DNA from: a virus
IMG/VR virus record: IMGVR_UViG_3300045994_000055
Location: 32,001 to 96,000 of that record
Reading direction: 5' to 3' (one strand)
Length of the DNA stretch: 64,000 nucleotides
Shown here: one piece after another, positions 41,019-50,681 of the stretch
How positions within the stretch are numbered: the first letter of the stretch is position 1
Layout: every line of letters begins with the position of its first letter
Program-made: the position numbers and the translations under genes
The notes under the pieces: generated by a model
Told to the model about the DNA's origin: nothing
Database searches by the model: none
Seen by the model: only the letters and a program-made list of their open reading frames with translations

Positions 41019-43523
41019 ATGTCAGATATCGATTATGATAGATTAAGCGAAGCCGTCGCCAGAGCAATTGTGGCCGGCGGCTCAGGCAATGCTATTGATC
41101 CACGCAACACTGTGGGCTCGCGTAACGCTCATGCTGACGAAAAAGAGTGGGCTAGGATGATGGCAACCATTAAGAAAGCCCACACTGGCTTTGATAAATG
41201 GAACAACGTGCTAAAAAAGGGACAGTTACAATACGTAGATGTCACTGAACGACTTAAAGAGCTAGACGATGAAATAGCAAACATTGACGAAAATCTATCC
41301 ACATTTGAGGCAACAATTGCCAAGGGTGCATTGGAAGAGAAAAAAGCGGCACTTATTAAAGCAGCGGCGGCACAAAATTTTTCGTCTGGGCTGTCCAATG
41401 CAATATCGTTAATACACAAGGGAGCGGATGGCGTTGGTAGACTTGGTATGTCAGCAGCATCGTCGGCTGGAACGTTGACAAAAAGTTTCCTTGACAGTGG
41501 GTCAGGTATAGGGTTAGCGACTGAAGCAATGACTGCTGGGATCGATTTAGCAGGTCAAGCCAGTGGTGCTGCTGGACAAGCAATAGGTGGAGTTGGCAAC
41601 GCAATGACCCGCAGTAGTAATAAGTGGGTTAAAGGGTTGGGTATGGCCACTGAAGCCCTTGGTCCGTTTGTGGGTATGCTCGGCGAAGGTGCTTCCAAGT
41701 TATTAAAATTTGGTGTTGCGATTCTAGGTAAGGAAGTAGAGAAAACAGTTAAGGCATTCAATGATGCATCGTCCGTTGGTGCAATGTTTGGTGGTGGGCT
41801 GTCAGAGCTGCGCGATACTGCACTAAATGCAGGTTTGACTATGGACCAATTTGCAAACGTTTTGCAAAAACACTCAGCGGACTTAGCTGGGTCTGGTATG
41901 GGTGTTGCTGAAGGATCACGCCGTATGGGCGCAGCAATTAAAGCTGGTGGCACTGAGATGAAAACTCAACTGCTAAATCTAGGATATAGCTTTGAGGAGC
42001 AGGCAGGATTAGTTGCGGAGACAATGAAGGACATGCGTGGCTCGGGTGGCCCGCTTCGTGCATCTAATGCACAAGTTGCAATTGAAACACAAAAGTATGC
42101 AGAAAATTTGCGCACAATAGCAGCTATCACTGGTGAAGATGGCAAAAAGCGCATGGAAGAAGCTCGAAACAAAGCTAACCAACTGGCGTTCCAACAAAAA
42201 CTAGCAGGCATGGATGAGAAGCAACGGCGTGGTGTAGTTAATGCCATGGGGAATATGTCCGAGATTCAACAAAAGAATTTCATGGACATGGTTAACTTTG
42301 GGTCAGTCATTAACCAAGAAGGTGCCACCGCGGCCGCACTAAGTCCGGGGTTGAACGATAGCGTACAACAATTTACTGACTCATTTAAAAATGGTACATT
42401 GGATGAAATGGAAGCACGCCGCATTCAAGCAAACAATACTGATCAAATTAAAAAGGACATGTTAGATAACGTTGCCATTGGTCTTGCTGGTGCAGCGGGT
42501 GTTGGCGGGTTAGTGCAAAGTTTGTCTGAGAGTATGGGCACAGAGTTGCAATTTAGAAATAAGTGGACAGAAGAAGCAATTAAGGCAGGAACTGAAGGTG
42601 TGCAAGCGCAAAAAACAACGCAAGACGAATTCACTGGTACTGTTCGTGATGTAGAAATCCAAATGCAAAGCTTTAAGGTACAATTGCAGACTCTAATTAA
42701 TCCATTACTTGGTGAGTATACAAGGGTATTGGACGAGTCAATTCAAGCCATGCAAAAACTAATAGACGAGGCAATACCAGATCACAAAAAGATGGGAAGC
42801 GAGTCTGGTTCATGGTGGTCTAAGAACGGTCGTGCAGCATTAGATTATGGCGGTACTGCACTTGGGACAGCTGGTGGTGCGCTTGCTGGTGGTCTTTCTA
42901 GCTTTGGTGTTGCTGCTATTCCAGGTGCAGTAATGGGTGGCCTAGGGGGTCATGAAATAGGAAATTCTGTTGCTGATGCATTGGGCCTGCCACCTGCAGA
43001 CAAAGGTAAAGCAGACGGTGGTATTGCATCTGGATCTAAACGCGGCTTTTTAGAAAAACTGCACGGTACAGAATTAGTAATTCCTTTGGATTCAGGTGGA
43101 AAGCTTAAAGCTGGTACACAAGGCTACGCTGATCTAATGACTGCATTACCATCAGCAGAGCCACAAATGGCATCTATGCCAAATTTTGAAAACAAGAATT
43201 CTACGTCCATATCAAATAATATACAACCACCATCGGCTGATTTTAGCGGTATAGTTGGTAGTATACAAGAAATGAGTGAGAAGTTTTCAATTGCGACTAC
43301 ATCGTCATTGGATAGCGCAATAGCTGCATTGACTAATAAACTATCTAGCAAAGAGTCTGCTGAATCCATAAACTTCCAAATCAAGTCTAACTCTGATTTA
43401 ACAGAAGCATTGCAGAATTTGATTACTACTGCACGGGACCAACTCGAAAAGCAAGACGAGATGCTACGTGCAATGAATGACACGAAGGACTACACTGAAA
43501 GACTTTATAACGCAATGGCTTAA
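41019..43523 (+). CDS. Tape measure protein (putative)
   Basis: Long Ala/Gly-rich helical protein; ADGGIASG...LHGTE.VIPL motif; adjacent to the gp26-like gene. Confidence 0.75.
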   Translation: MSDIDYDRLSEAVARAIVAGGSGNAIDPRNTVGSRNAHADEKEWARMMATIKKAHTGFDKWNNVLKKGQLQYVDVTERLKELDDEIANIDENLSTFEATIAKGALEEKKAALIKAAAAQNFSSGLSNAISLIHKGADGVGRLGMSAASSAGTLTKSFLDSGSGIGLATEAMTAGIDLAGQASGAAGQAIGGVGNAMTRSSNKWVKGLGMATEALGPFVGMLGEGASKLLKFGVAILGKEVEKTVKAFNDASSVGAMFGGGLSELRDTALNAGLTMDQFANVLQKHSADLAGSGMGVAEGSRRMGAAIKAGGTEMKTQLLNLGYSFEEQAGLVAETMKDMRGSGGPLRASNAQVAIETQKYAENLRTIAAITGEDGKKRMEEARNKANQLAFQQKLAGMDEKQRRGVVNAMGNMSEIQQKNFMDMVNFGSVINQEGATAAALSPGLNDSVQQFTDSFKNGTLDEMEARRIQANNTDQIKKDMLDNVAIGLAGAAGVGGLVQSLSESMGTELQFRNKWTEEAIKAGTEGVQAQKTTQDEFTGTVRDVEIQMQSFKVQLQTLINPLLGEYTRVLDESIQAMQKLIDEAIPDHKKMGSESGSWWSKNGRAALDYGGTALGTAGGALAGGLSSFGVAAIPGAVMGGLGGHEIGNSVADALGLPPADKGKADGGIASGSKRGFLEKLHGTELVIPLDSGGKLKAGTQGYADLMTALPSAEPQMASMPNFENKNSTSISNNIQPPSADFSGIVGSIQEMSEKFSIATTSSLDSAIAALTNKLSSKESAESINFQIKSNSDLTEALQNLITTARDQLEKQDEMLRAMNDTKDYTERLYNAMA

Positions 43524-43556
43524 CCGCTAAATACACAATATACTGGATTTTTATAA

Positions 43557-45278
43557 ATGTCTTGGAAAAAGTTTTTCAAAACCGCAAATGTACCGTCTAA
43601 CCTGAGCCCATTGGGCAATGGTCAAGGCCGTATGGCTGATATGGGCTACCGTAATTACCAAAGTAATTTGCCCGAAGTCTACACTGGTCACCCAAACCGC
43701 ACTGAACGTTACTCCCAATACGAACAAATGGATGGCGACTCTGAAGTTAATGCAGCTTTGGATATTTTGGCCGAGTTCTGCACACAAAAGAACATGGAAA
43801 ACAATACAGCGTTTTCCATTCACTTCAAAGACAAGCCAACAGACAATGAAGTAAACATCATCAAAGAGCAGCTACAGCAATGGGTTGCTCTTAACGAATT
43901 CAACAAGCGTATTTTTAAGATATTCCGTAACGTACTAAAGTACGGCGATCAAGTCTTTGTGCGCGATCCAGAAACATTCAAACTGTTCTGGACTGAAATG
44001 GGGAAGGTTACTAAAGTAATCGTTGACGAAGCTGCTGGAAAGAAACCGGAACAATACCTAATTAAGGACATTAACCCGAACTTCCAAAATCTAACTGTAA
44101 CCGCAGTTAGCACCGCGGATACGTACAGTAACAATCCTCAAAACGGTGGTGCAGGTGGCGGTGGCTATGTGCAAACCGGTGCCCCATTCTCTGGCGGTTC
44201 TAGATTTACGCACCAGACAAACGAAGCAGTTATCAACGCCGAACACATCGTGCATATTAGTCTGACAGAAGGTTTAGACGTGTTTTGGCCCTTCGGTACT
44301 AGCGTACTTGAAAACGTATTCAAAGTTTTCAAGCAGAAGGAATTGCTAGAGGATGCTATTATTATCTATCGTGTGCAACGTGCGCCTGAACGTCGTATTT
44401 TCAAGATTGACGTAGGTAACATGCCAACACACATGGCTATGGCATTCGTTGACCGTGTTAAGAACGAAGTTTCTCAACGTAGAATTCCTACACAAACAGG
44501 TGGCAGCTCCAACATGATGGACGCTACATACAACCCATTAAGCACAAACGAAGACTTTTTCTTCCCTGTTACTGCTGATGGCCGTGGCTCTTCTGTTGAA
44601 GCATTAGCTGGCGGACAAAACTTAGGCGAAATTACAGACTTACGCTTCTTTACGAACAAGCTATTCCGTGGTTTGCGTATCCCTTCTAGCTACTTGCCAA
44701 CAGGTGTTGACGAGGGTTCCCAATCGTTTAGTGATGGTAAAGTAGGCACTGCTCTTATTCAAGAGTGGCGCTTTAACCAATACTGCAAGCGTCTACAAGC
44801 GATGATTGCAGACAAGCTAGACCAAGAATTTAAGATGTTTATGCGCTGGAGAGGCATTAACATTGACGGGTCATTATTTGATCTTATATTTGAAGAGCCA
44901 CAAAACTTTGCTGGCTACGCACAAGCAGATGCCGACCAAGCACGTATTGGTACATTCACTGCACTCGAAGCATTCCCATATTTCTCAAAGCGTTGGCTAA
45001 TGAAACGCTACTTAGGCTTAACTGAGGAAGAGATGAATGAAAACGAACAGCAATGGAATGAAGAGCAAGGCGACGTTGAGTCTGCGCCAGCTGACGGTGC
45101 TGATTTACGTAGCGTTGGTGTTACTCCTGGTGGCATTTCCGGTGACTTAGAAAACCTAGCACCAATGCCAGGCGAAGAGGGTGCAGACCCAGCAGCTGGC
45201 GGTGCACCAGGTGCTCCTGCCGCTGGCGGCGGTATTCCGGGCGGTGGTGCTGGTGGACAGCCTGCCGCAGTTGGTTAA
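43557..45278 (+). CDS. gp20: Portal protein, T4 gp20-like
   Basis: LEDAIIIYRVQRAPERRIFKIDVGNMP and EDFFFP motifs; TAAATA upstream. Confidence 0.95.
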   Translation: MSWKKFFKTANVPSNLSPLGNGQGRMADMGYRNYQSNLPEVYTGHPNRTERYSQYEQMDGDSEVNAALDILAEFCTQKNMENNTAFSIHFKDKPTDNEVNIIKEQLQQWVALNEFNKRIFKIFRNVLKYGDQVFVRDPETFKLFWTEMGKVTKVIVDEAAGKKPEQYLIKDINPNFQNLTVTAVSTADTYSNNPQNGGAGGGGYVQTGAPFSGGSRFTHQTNEAVINAEHIVHISLTEGLDVFWPFGTSVLENVFKVFKQKELLEDAIIIYRVQRAPERRIFKIDVGNMPTHMAMAFVDRVKNEVSQRRIPTQTGGSSNMMDATYNPLSTNEDFFFPVTADGRGSSVEALAGGQNLGEITDLRFFTNKLFRGLRIPSSYLPTGVDEGSQSFSDGKVGTALIQEWRFNQYCKRLQAMIADKLDQEFKMFMRWRGINIDGSLFDLIFEEPQNFAGYAQADADQARIGTFTALEAFPYFSKRWLMKRYLGLTEEEMNENEQQWNEEQGDVESAPADGADLRSVGVTPGGISGDLENLAPMPGEEGADPAAGGAPGAPAAGGGIPGGGAGGQPAAVG

Positions 45279-45312
45279 TACAGACTAAACTAAATACAAT
45301 AATAAGAAAAAT

Positions 45313-45555
45313 ATGTTTATAGCTGAACTTTTTGAACCTGCTGCTCCTGGTTATCGTGACGAAAACGATGACGGCTCTGTCATGAAATTACATGATATGC
45401 GCAAGACAAAGCTTACATTTGCACACATCAACAAGCTAAGACAAGCTAACGATGTGCGTAAATTTGAGCACGAAGAGAAGCTAGAGCAAGTTAGTAAGCA
45501 GTATAAACCAGCCGCAGATCCAGGTGCAATGCCTGGTGGCGGCATGGGCATTTAA
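45313..45555 (+). CDS. Small head-module protein (prohead core position)
   Basis: 80-aa ORF after the portal; TAAATA upstream. Confidence 0.65.
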   Translation: MFIAELFEPAAPGYRDENDDGSVMKLHDMRKTKLTFAHINKLRQANDVRKFEHEEKLEQVSKQYKPAADPGAMPGGGMGI

Positions 45556-45677
45556 CAAAATATTACGATTCCATTGCACACTCCAATGGAATCGCTCAAT
45601 ATCTGCCCATTACAAACACAAATACACGCATATATGTAAATAACATATAGCCATAATATTGAAAGGTAACCTTTAAC

Positions 45678-46850
45678 ATGAACAAGTATGAACAATTGAT
45701 TGAGTACATCATCAATGACCAAGAAGACAAAGCTCGTGAATTATTTCACAGCATCGTTGTAGCCAAGAGCCGCGACATCTACGAAAGCTTGATGGACGAA
45801 ACTGTTGACCAGTACGACCAACAAGGCGACTTAGTTGATGACGTAACTCGTGACGAAAACGGTGGTTTAGGCGAAGCTGACGACGAGTTCGGCGGCGAGA
45901 TGGACGGCGACATGGGCGATGATGACGGCATGGGCGACGACGAGTTCGGCGGCGATGACATGGGCGGCGACGAGATGGGCGACGAATTTGGTGGTGACGA
46001 TCTAGGCGATGACCTAGGTGGTGACGACATGGGCGGCGAAGGCGATATGTCCGCTAAGTTCCAAGATATCAAGTCTGCTATTGACGACTTAGAAGCTGAG
46101 TTTGCATCCATTATGGGTGGCGACGAAGGCATGGAAGGCGAAATGGGCGACGGCGAAATTGAAGGCGGCGACGAGATGGCTGCTGACGACGCTGGTGAAG
46201 ACTTTGGTGGCGCACCTGAAGAAGTTGGCGCTGAAGAAGAAGAGCCAATGGGCGAAAGCGCAAATCCTTTTGCTAAGTCTGGTAGCGGCAAGTCCGGTTC
46301 CGGTAAGGCATCTGGCTCTGGCAAGAAGGCTTCGGGTTCGGGCAAAGCAGCAAGCGGTTCTGGTAAAGCAGGCAGCGGTAATCCATTCGCTAAGAAGGGT
46401 TCCGGTTCTGGCGCTAAGACAGAAAGCCGTAAGTCCGCAGCAGAATTAATGCGCGAATACGTTGAGAAGATTTCCGACGGCCACGGTCCTGAAAAGCACG
46501 GTGAAGCTGAAGGCAATGAAGTCGGCAGCGATCGTAAGAGCTTCCCAGTAAACAAGACAACTCCTGTTGCAGGTAAGAACGATATGGGCGGCACTGCTTC
46601 CAATATCCTTTCCGGCAAGGGCAATGACACAAGCGACAAAGACGGTCAAACATCCAAGGCTAAAGCAGGCGGCTTCATGAAGGCTCCTGTTGCTATCCCT
46701 GGTTCTGAACGTAACGTTAACAAGGTAGGCGGTAACGCTGGTGCCCAACAATTCTTTAAGACCAAGGAAAAGGCTAAAGAAGCTGAAGGTAGCACTACTA
46801 AGGACTCCGTACCAGTTAGCAAAGATAGCTTAGGCTACGCTAAGAAGTAA
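45678..46850 (+). CDS. Prohead core/scaffold-like low-complexity protein
   Basis: Acidic D/E/G/M repeats and SGSGK repeats; lies between portal and protease. Confidence 0.65.
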   Translation: MNKYEQLIEYIINDQEDKARELFHSIVVAKSRDIYESLMDETVDQYDQQGDLVDDVTRDENGGLGEADDEFGGEMDGDMGDDDGMGDDEFGGDDMGGDEMGDEFGGDDLGDDLGGDDMGGEGDMSAKFQDIKSAIDDLEAEFASIMGGDEGMEGEMGDGEIEGGDEMAADDAGEDFGGAPEEVGAEEEEPMGESANPFAKSGSGKSGSGKASGSGKKASGSGKAASGSGKAGSGNPFAKKGSGSGAKTESRKSAAELMREYVEKISDGHGPEKHGEAEGNEVGSDRKSFPVNKTTPVAGKNDMGGTASNILSGKGNDTSDKDGQTSKAKAGGFMKAPVAIPGSERNVNKVGGNAGAQQFFKTKEKAKEAEGSTTKDSVPVSKDSLGYAKK

Positions 46851-46863
46851 TTAGGTCAATATT

Positions 46864-47502
46864 ATGGCTTTGTACCTAAAAGAGAACTTAACTTTTGACC
46901 GAGCAGGTCTTACGATTCTATCGGAAGACGCTGCTGACGGAAAAGGCAAGAATCTCTATATGAAGGGGATATTCATCGAGGGAGGTGTGAAGAACGCTAA
47001 CCAACGTGTTTATCCTGTTCACGAAATAGAACGAGCTGTTGGGACCATCAATGAACAAATCAAGGGCGGCTACTCCGTTTTAGGCGAAGTAGACCATCCG
47101 GACGATTTAAAGATCAACTTGGATCGCGTCTCCCACATGATTGAACAAATGTGGATGGACGGACCTTGCGGCCATGGTAAGTTGAAAATTCTTCCTACAC
47201 CAATGGGCGAACTTGTTAAGTCAATGTTAGCTTCTGGTGTTAAGTTAGGTGTTTCATCCCGTGGATCTGGTAACGTGAATGAAGGCTCCGGGCATGTAAG
47301 CGAGTTTGAGATTGTTACAGTAGACATTGTTGCGCAACCAAGTGCACCACATGCTTACCCAAAAGCAATCTACGAAAGCTTGATGAATATGCAAGGTGGC
47401 GCAAAACTTTTTGGGATTGCAAAAGAAGCGTCCCAGGATCAAAAAGTACAACGGTACTTGAAAGAAGCCATTACCGGCTTTATCAAAGAATTAAAGAAAT
47501 AA
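46864..47502 (+). CDS. gp21: Prohead protease, T4 gp21-like
   Basis: N.NQRVYP, GEVDHP, LGVSSRGSG, TVDIVAQPSAP motifs. Confidence 0.95.
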   Translation: MALYLKENLTFDRAGLTILSEDAADGKGKNLYMKGIFIEGGVKNANQRVYPVHEIERAVGTINEQIKGGYSVLGEVDHPDDLKINLDRVSHMIEQMWMDGPCGHGKLKILPTPMGELVKSMLASGVKLGVSSRGSGNVNEGSGHVSEFEIVTVDIVAQPSAPHAYPKAIYESLMNMQGGAKLFGIAKEASQDQKVQRYLKEAITGFIKELKK

Positions 47503-47517
47503 AACGGAGAAACCCTA

Positions 47518-48639
47518 ATGTTAAACGCACTAAAACCTCTGTTGGACAACGGCATTATTAACGAAGGCACTCGCGATGCTATCACTGAAGCTTGGGACAC
47601 ACAATTGTCTGAAGCTAAGGAAACAGTTCGCGCTGAGTTACGTGAAGAATTTGCACAACGTTATCAACATGACAAGCAAGTAATGGTTGAAGCACTTGAC
47701 AAGATGGTTACAGAAAGTCTTACTGCTGAATTGGCTGAGTTCCAATCTGAAAAGCAAGCTTTAGCTGAAGACCGTGTGAAATTTAAACGTCACATGAACG
47801 AAGGCGCTGAGAAGTTTAACAACTTCATGGTAAGCAAGTTAGCAGAAGAAATCCAAGAACTACGTAAGGACCGCATTGGTTACGAAAACTCTATCGGTAA
47901 GTTAGAGTCGTTTGTTATCAAGGCATTGTCCGAAGAGATCAAGGAATTCGACAAAGACAAGCAAGCTGTAGTTGAAACTAAGGTCCGCTTAATCGCTGGC
48001 GCTAAGGACAAACTAGCTGAATTACAACAAGCATTTATTGCTCGTAGTTCACAACTTGTTAAAGAAGCTGTAACAAAGAGTCTTACAACTGAAATGACAC
48101 AATTGAAAGAAGACATCCAACTTGCTCGTGAGAACATGTTCGGTCGTCGTCTGTTCGAAGCTTTTGCTTCCGAATTCGCAGTTACTCACTTAAATGAGAA
48201 CGTCGAAATCGCTAAGTTATCTAAGCTAGTAAAAGAAACAAATGCTGCACTTGCAGAGTCTAAGAAGACTATTCAAGCTAAAGCTGCCTTGGTTGAATCC
48301 AAGGAACAAGAGATTCGTATTATCCAAGAAACTACATCACGTAAGGCTTTATTGTCTGATTTGATGAAGCCATTGGCTAAAGAGAAGGCCGCTGTAATGA
48401 GCGAGCTTTTAGAGAGTGTTCAAACTTCCAAGTTACAGAGCGCTTACGAAAAGTATCTTCCTGCTGTACTTAACAACAAAGCTACACAGACAACCCAGGC
48501 TCCTGCTCCGCAGAAAGCTATGATGACTGAAAGCCGTGTTGCAGTAACTGGAGATAAGGCTGCTACAAATGCTGCGGTCAACAAAGCACATGACACTAAT
48601 GTGATTGAGTTGAAGCGTTTGGCAGGGCTAAAATATTAA
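47518..48639 (+). CDS. gp22: Major scaffolding protein, T4 gp22-like
   Basis: Glu/Lys-rich coiled coil between the protease and major capsid genes. Confidence 0.85.
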   Translation: MLNALKPLLDNGIINEGTRDAITEAWDTQLSEAKETVRAELREEFAQRYQHDKQVMVEALDKMVTESLTAELAEFQSEKQALAEDRVKFKRHMNEGAEKFNNFMVSKLAEEIQELRKDRIGYENSIGKLESFVIKALSEEIKEFDKDKQAVVETKVRLIAGAKDKLAELQQAFIARSSQLVKEAVTKSLTTEMTQLKEDIQLARENMFGRRLFEAFASEFAVTHLNENVEIAKLSKLVKETNAALAESKKTIQAKAALVESKEQEIRIIQETTSRKALLSDLMKPLAKEKAAVMSELLESVQTSKLQSAYEKYLPAVLNNKATQTTQAPAPQKAMMTESRVAVTGDKAATNAAVNKAHDTNVIELKRLAGLKY

Positions 48640-48664
48640 ACCCTAATTAGGAGAAAATGAAATT

Positions 48665-49840
48665 ATGACAACCGCATTACTAGAAAGCCGTTGGGGCGAA
48701 ACCAAAGAAGCCCTGTTAGAAGGCCTACAAGGTTCCAAGCGTACCTCGATGAGCGTTATTCTTGAAAACACACGCAAGCATTTAGCTGAATCTGCTACAG
48801 CAGGCTCGACATCTACTGGTTCTATCGCGACTTTAAACCGCGTTATTCTTCCAGTTATCCGTCGTGTTATGCCTACAGTTATCGCTAACGAAATCGTTGG
48901 CGTTCAGCCAATGACCGGACCTGTTGCTCAGATCCACACCCTACGTGTACGTTATGCAGATAACATGGCACACGGTTCCGATTCTTCGCAATCTGTTAAC
49001 GCAGGTGACGAAGCATTGAGCCCATTCAAGATCGCTACACAGTATTCTGGCGCTGCTTCTGGCAAGCCACAAACTACAGCGACAATGGAAGGTGTTCCAG
49101 GTAACCGTATCAACGTTCAAATCTTGAAACAAGTTGTTGAAGCGAAGACTCGCAAGTTAAGCGCACGTTGGACCTTTGAAGCTGCTCAAGACGCACAAGC
49201 TATGCACGGTTTAGACGTGGAAGCTGAAGTTATGGCAGCTCTTGCTCAAGAAATTACAGTTGAAATCGACCAGGAAATCTTAGGTTCCCTACGTTCTTTA
49301 GCTGCAACTGAGTACACATACAACCAAGCTACTGTATCCGGTACTGCTACTTTCGTTGGTGACGAACACGCTGCTTTAGCTGTTCTTATCAATCGTGCAG
49401 CTAACTTGATCGCTCAACGCACACGCCGTGGCGCTGGTAACTGGGCAGTTGTTTCGTCCGCAGCATTGACAGTATTGCAATCTGCAACTACTTCTGCATT
49501 CGCACGTACAACAGAAGGTACATTCGAAGCACCTACAAATACCAAGTTCGTTGGTACATTGAACGGCGCGATGAAGATTTATGTAGACGGCTACGCACAA
49601 GACGGTCAAAACGTTCTTGTTGGCTACAAGGGTTCTTCGGAAGCCGACGCAGCAGCGTTCTATTGCCCATACATTCCTTTGATGAGCTCTGGTGTTGTTC
49701 TTGATCCAGCAACATTCGAACCAGTCGTAGGCTTTATGACACGTTACGGCTATGTTGAGTTAACAAACACAGCATCGTCCCTAGGTAACGCTGGCGACTA
49801 CTTAGCTGAAATCGCAATCAGCAACTTAAGCTTCCAATAA
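48665..49840 (+). CDS. gp23: Major capsid protein, T4 gp23-like
   Basis: GVQPMTGP, KTRKL.A.WT.E.AQD, EIDQEI, YCPYIPL, TRYG motifs. Confidence 0.97.
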   Translation: MTTALLESRWGETKEALLEGLQGSKRTSMSVILENTRKHLAESATAGSTSTGSIATLNRVILPVIRRVMPTVIANEIVGVQPMTGPVAQIHTLRVRYADNMAHGSDSSQSVNAGDEALSPFKIATQYSGAASGKPQTTATMEGVPGNRINVQILKQVVEAKTRKLSARWTFEAAQDAQAMHGLDVEAEVMAALAQEITVEIDQEILGSLRSLAATEYTYNQATVSGTATFVGDEHAALAVLINRAANLIAQRTRRGAGNWAVVSSAALTVLQSATTSAFARTTEGTFEAPTNTKFVGTLNGAMKIYVDGYAQDGQNVLVGYKGSSEADAAAFYCPYIPLMSSGVVLDPATFEPVVGFMTRYGYVELTNTASSLGNAGDYLAEIAISNLSFQ

Positions 49841-49866
49841 TATTGGGACTTTTGTTACGCAACATG

Positions 49867-49890
49867 AAAAAGGGACTTCGGTCCCTTTTT
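49867..49890 (+). terminator. Intrinsic terminator after gp23
   Basis: aaaaagggac-TTCG-gtcccttttt, a C(UUCG)G tetraloop hairpin. Confidence 0.9.
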
Positions 49891-49906
49891 CATGACTAAG
49901 TATTAT

Positions 49907-50590
49907 ATGACAGATAAACCTAACTTACTAACATTACCGGGTGCGGGGAGCGCCTGGTTGCGCCATGTGGTGTGGGCACTTGAAAATAATGAAATTTTAC
50001 AAAGCCCCGGGCCTAATTTTCATAATACAAAAAAAACGCAATCTATGTTGCACTCGCATTTTGCAACTAACAACGATATCGTACTCCACGGACCAAAATC
50101 AATTTTTAATATTTCACTGAACTATTACACCAAGTATGCAATGGTGTACAATGTTAATGGCTGCAATGTCACGTGTGCCCAAGAAAGATTAAATGCAATA
50201 GTTGACCATTTAAATTATTACTTAATGACACGTCAGCAAGAAATGGCAAATCGAAAAATAGATATCAACTACGATTATATATTCAGTGATAAACAACTTT
50301 TTACGAGTCAATTATTTGATGTGTTATCTTCGCACAACATAGCGTTCACTCCTAGATACGATTTTGTTTCTTATGCAATTGACAAATATAAGCAAACGTG
50401 TATTAACATGGATGAAATAGTTGAAAACTGGGAAAATGATTTTTGGTTAGCTTGGTGCATTGCTTGCAGTGATATTAACGGTATTACGATACCTGGTGAT
50501 TCATCAGACTTAACAAAACTAGTGCCTGCACTTAAGCGGCATGGTGACTTTTATTTGAATGAGCTTACAAAAGTAGCATCGTTTGGGTGA
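49907..50590 (+). CDS. Hypothetical protein (possibly sulfotransferase/P-loop-like)
   Basis: AT-rich ORF with PGAGSAWL near the N-terminus; likely start 49907 after TAAGTA. Confidence 0.6.
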   Translation: MTDKPNLLTLPGAGSAWLRHVVWALENNEILQSPGPNFHNTKKTQSMLHSHFATNNDIVLHGPKSIFNISLNYYTKYAMVYNVNGCNVTCAQERLNAIVDHLNYYLMTRQQEMANRKIDINYDYIFSDKQLFTSQLFDVLSSHNIAFTPRYDFVSYAIDKYKQTCINMDEIVENWENDFWLAWCIACSDINGITIPGDSSDLTKLVPALKRHGDFYLNELTKVASFG

Positions 50591-50622
50591 TATACTAAAT
50601 ACTGTATACCACTCGGGATGGG

Positions 50623-50663
50623 AAGGGCAAATCGGGCTTTAGTTAATGACTACTGCCCTTTTT
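50623..50663 (+). terminator. Terminator-like hairpin
   Basis: aagggca...tgccctt followed by a T-run. Confidence 0.55.
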
Positions 50664-50681
50664 GTTTGACTAAGTATTCGT

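Noticed and set aside
45779-46639. Long antisense ORFs (also 35798-36544, 57373-58080, 59253-60047, 62360-62995 and many shorter ones)
   Set aside because: Shadows of codon-biased or low-complexity genes on the other strand, with no motifs or SD
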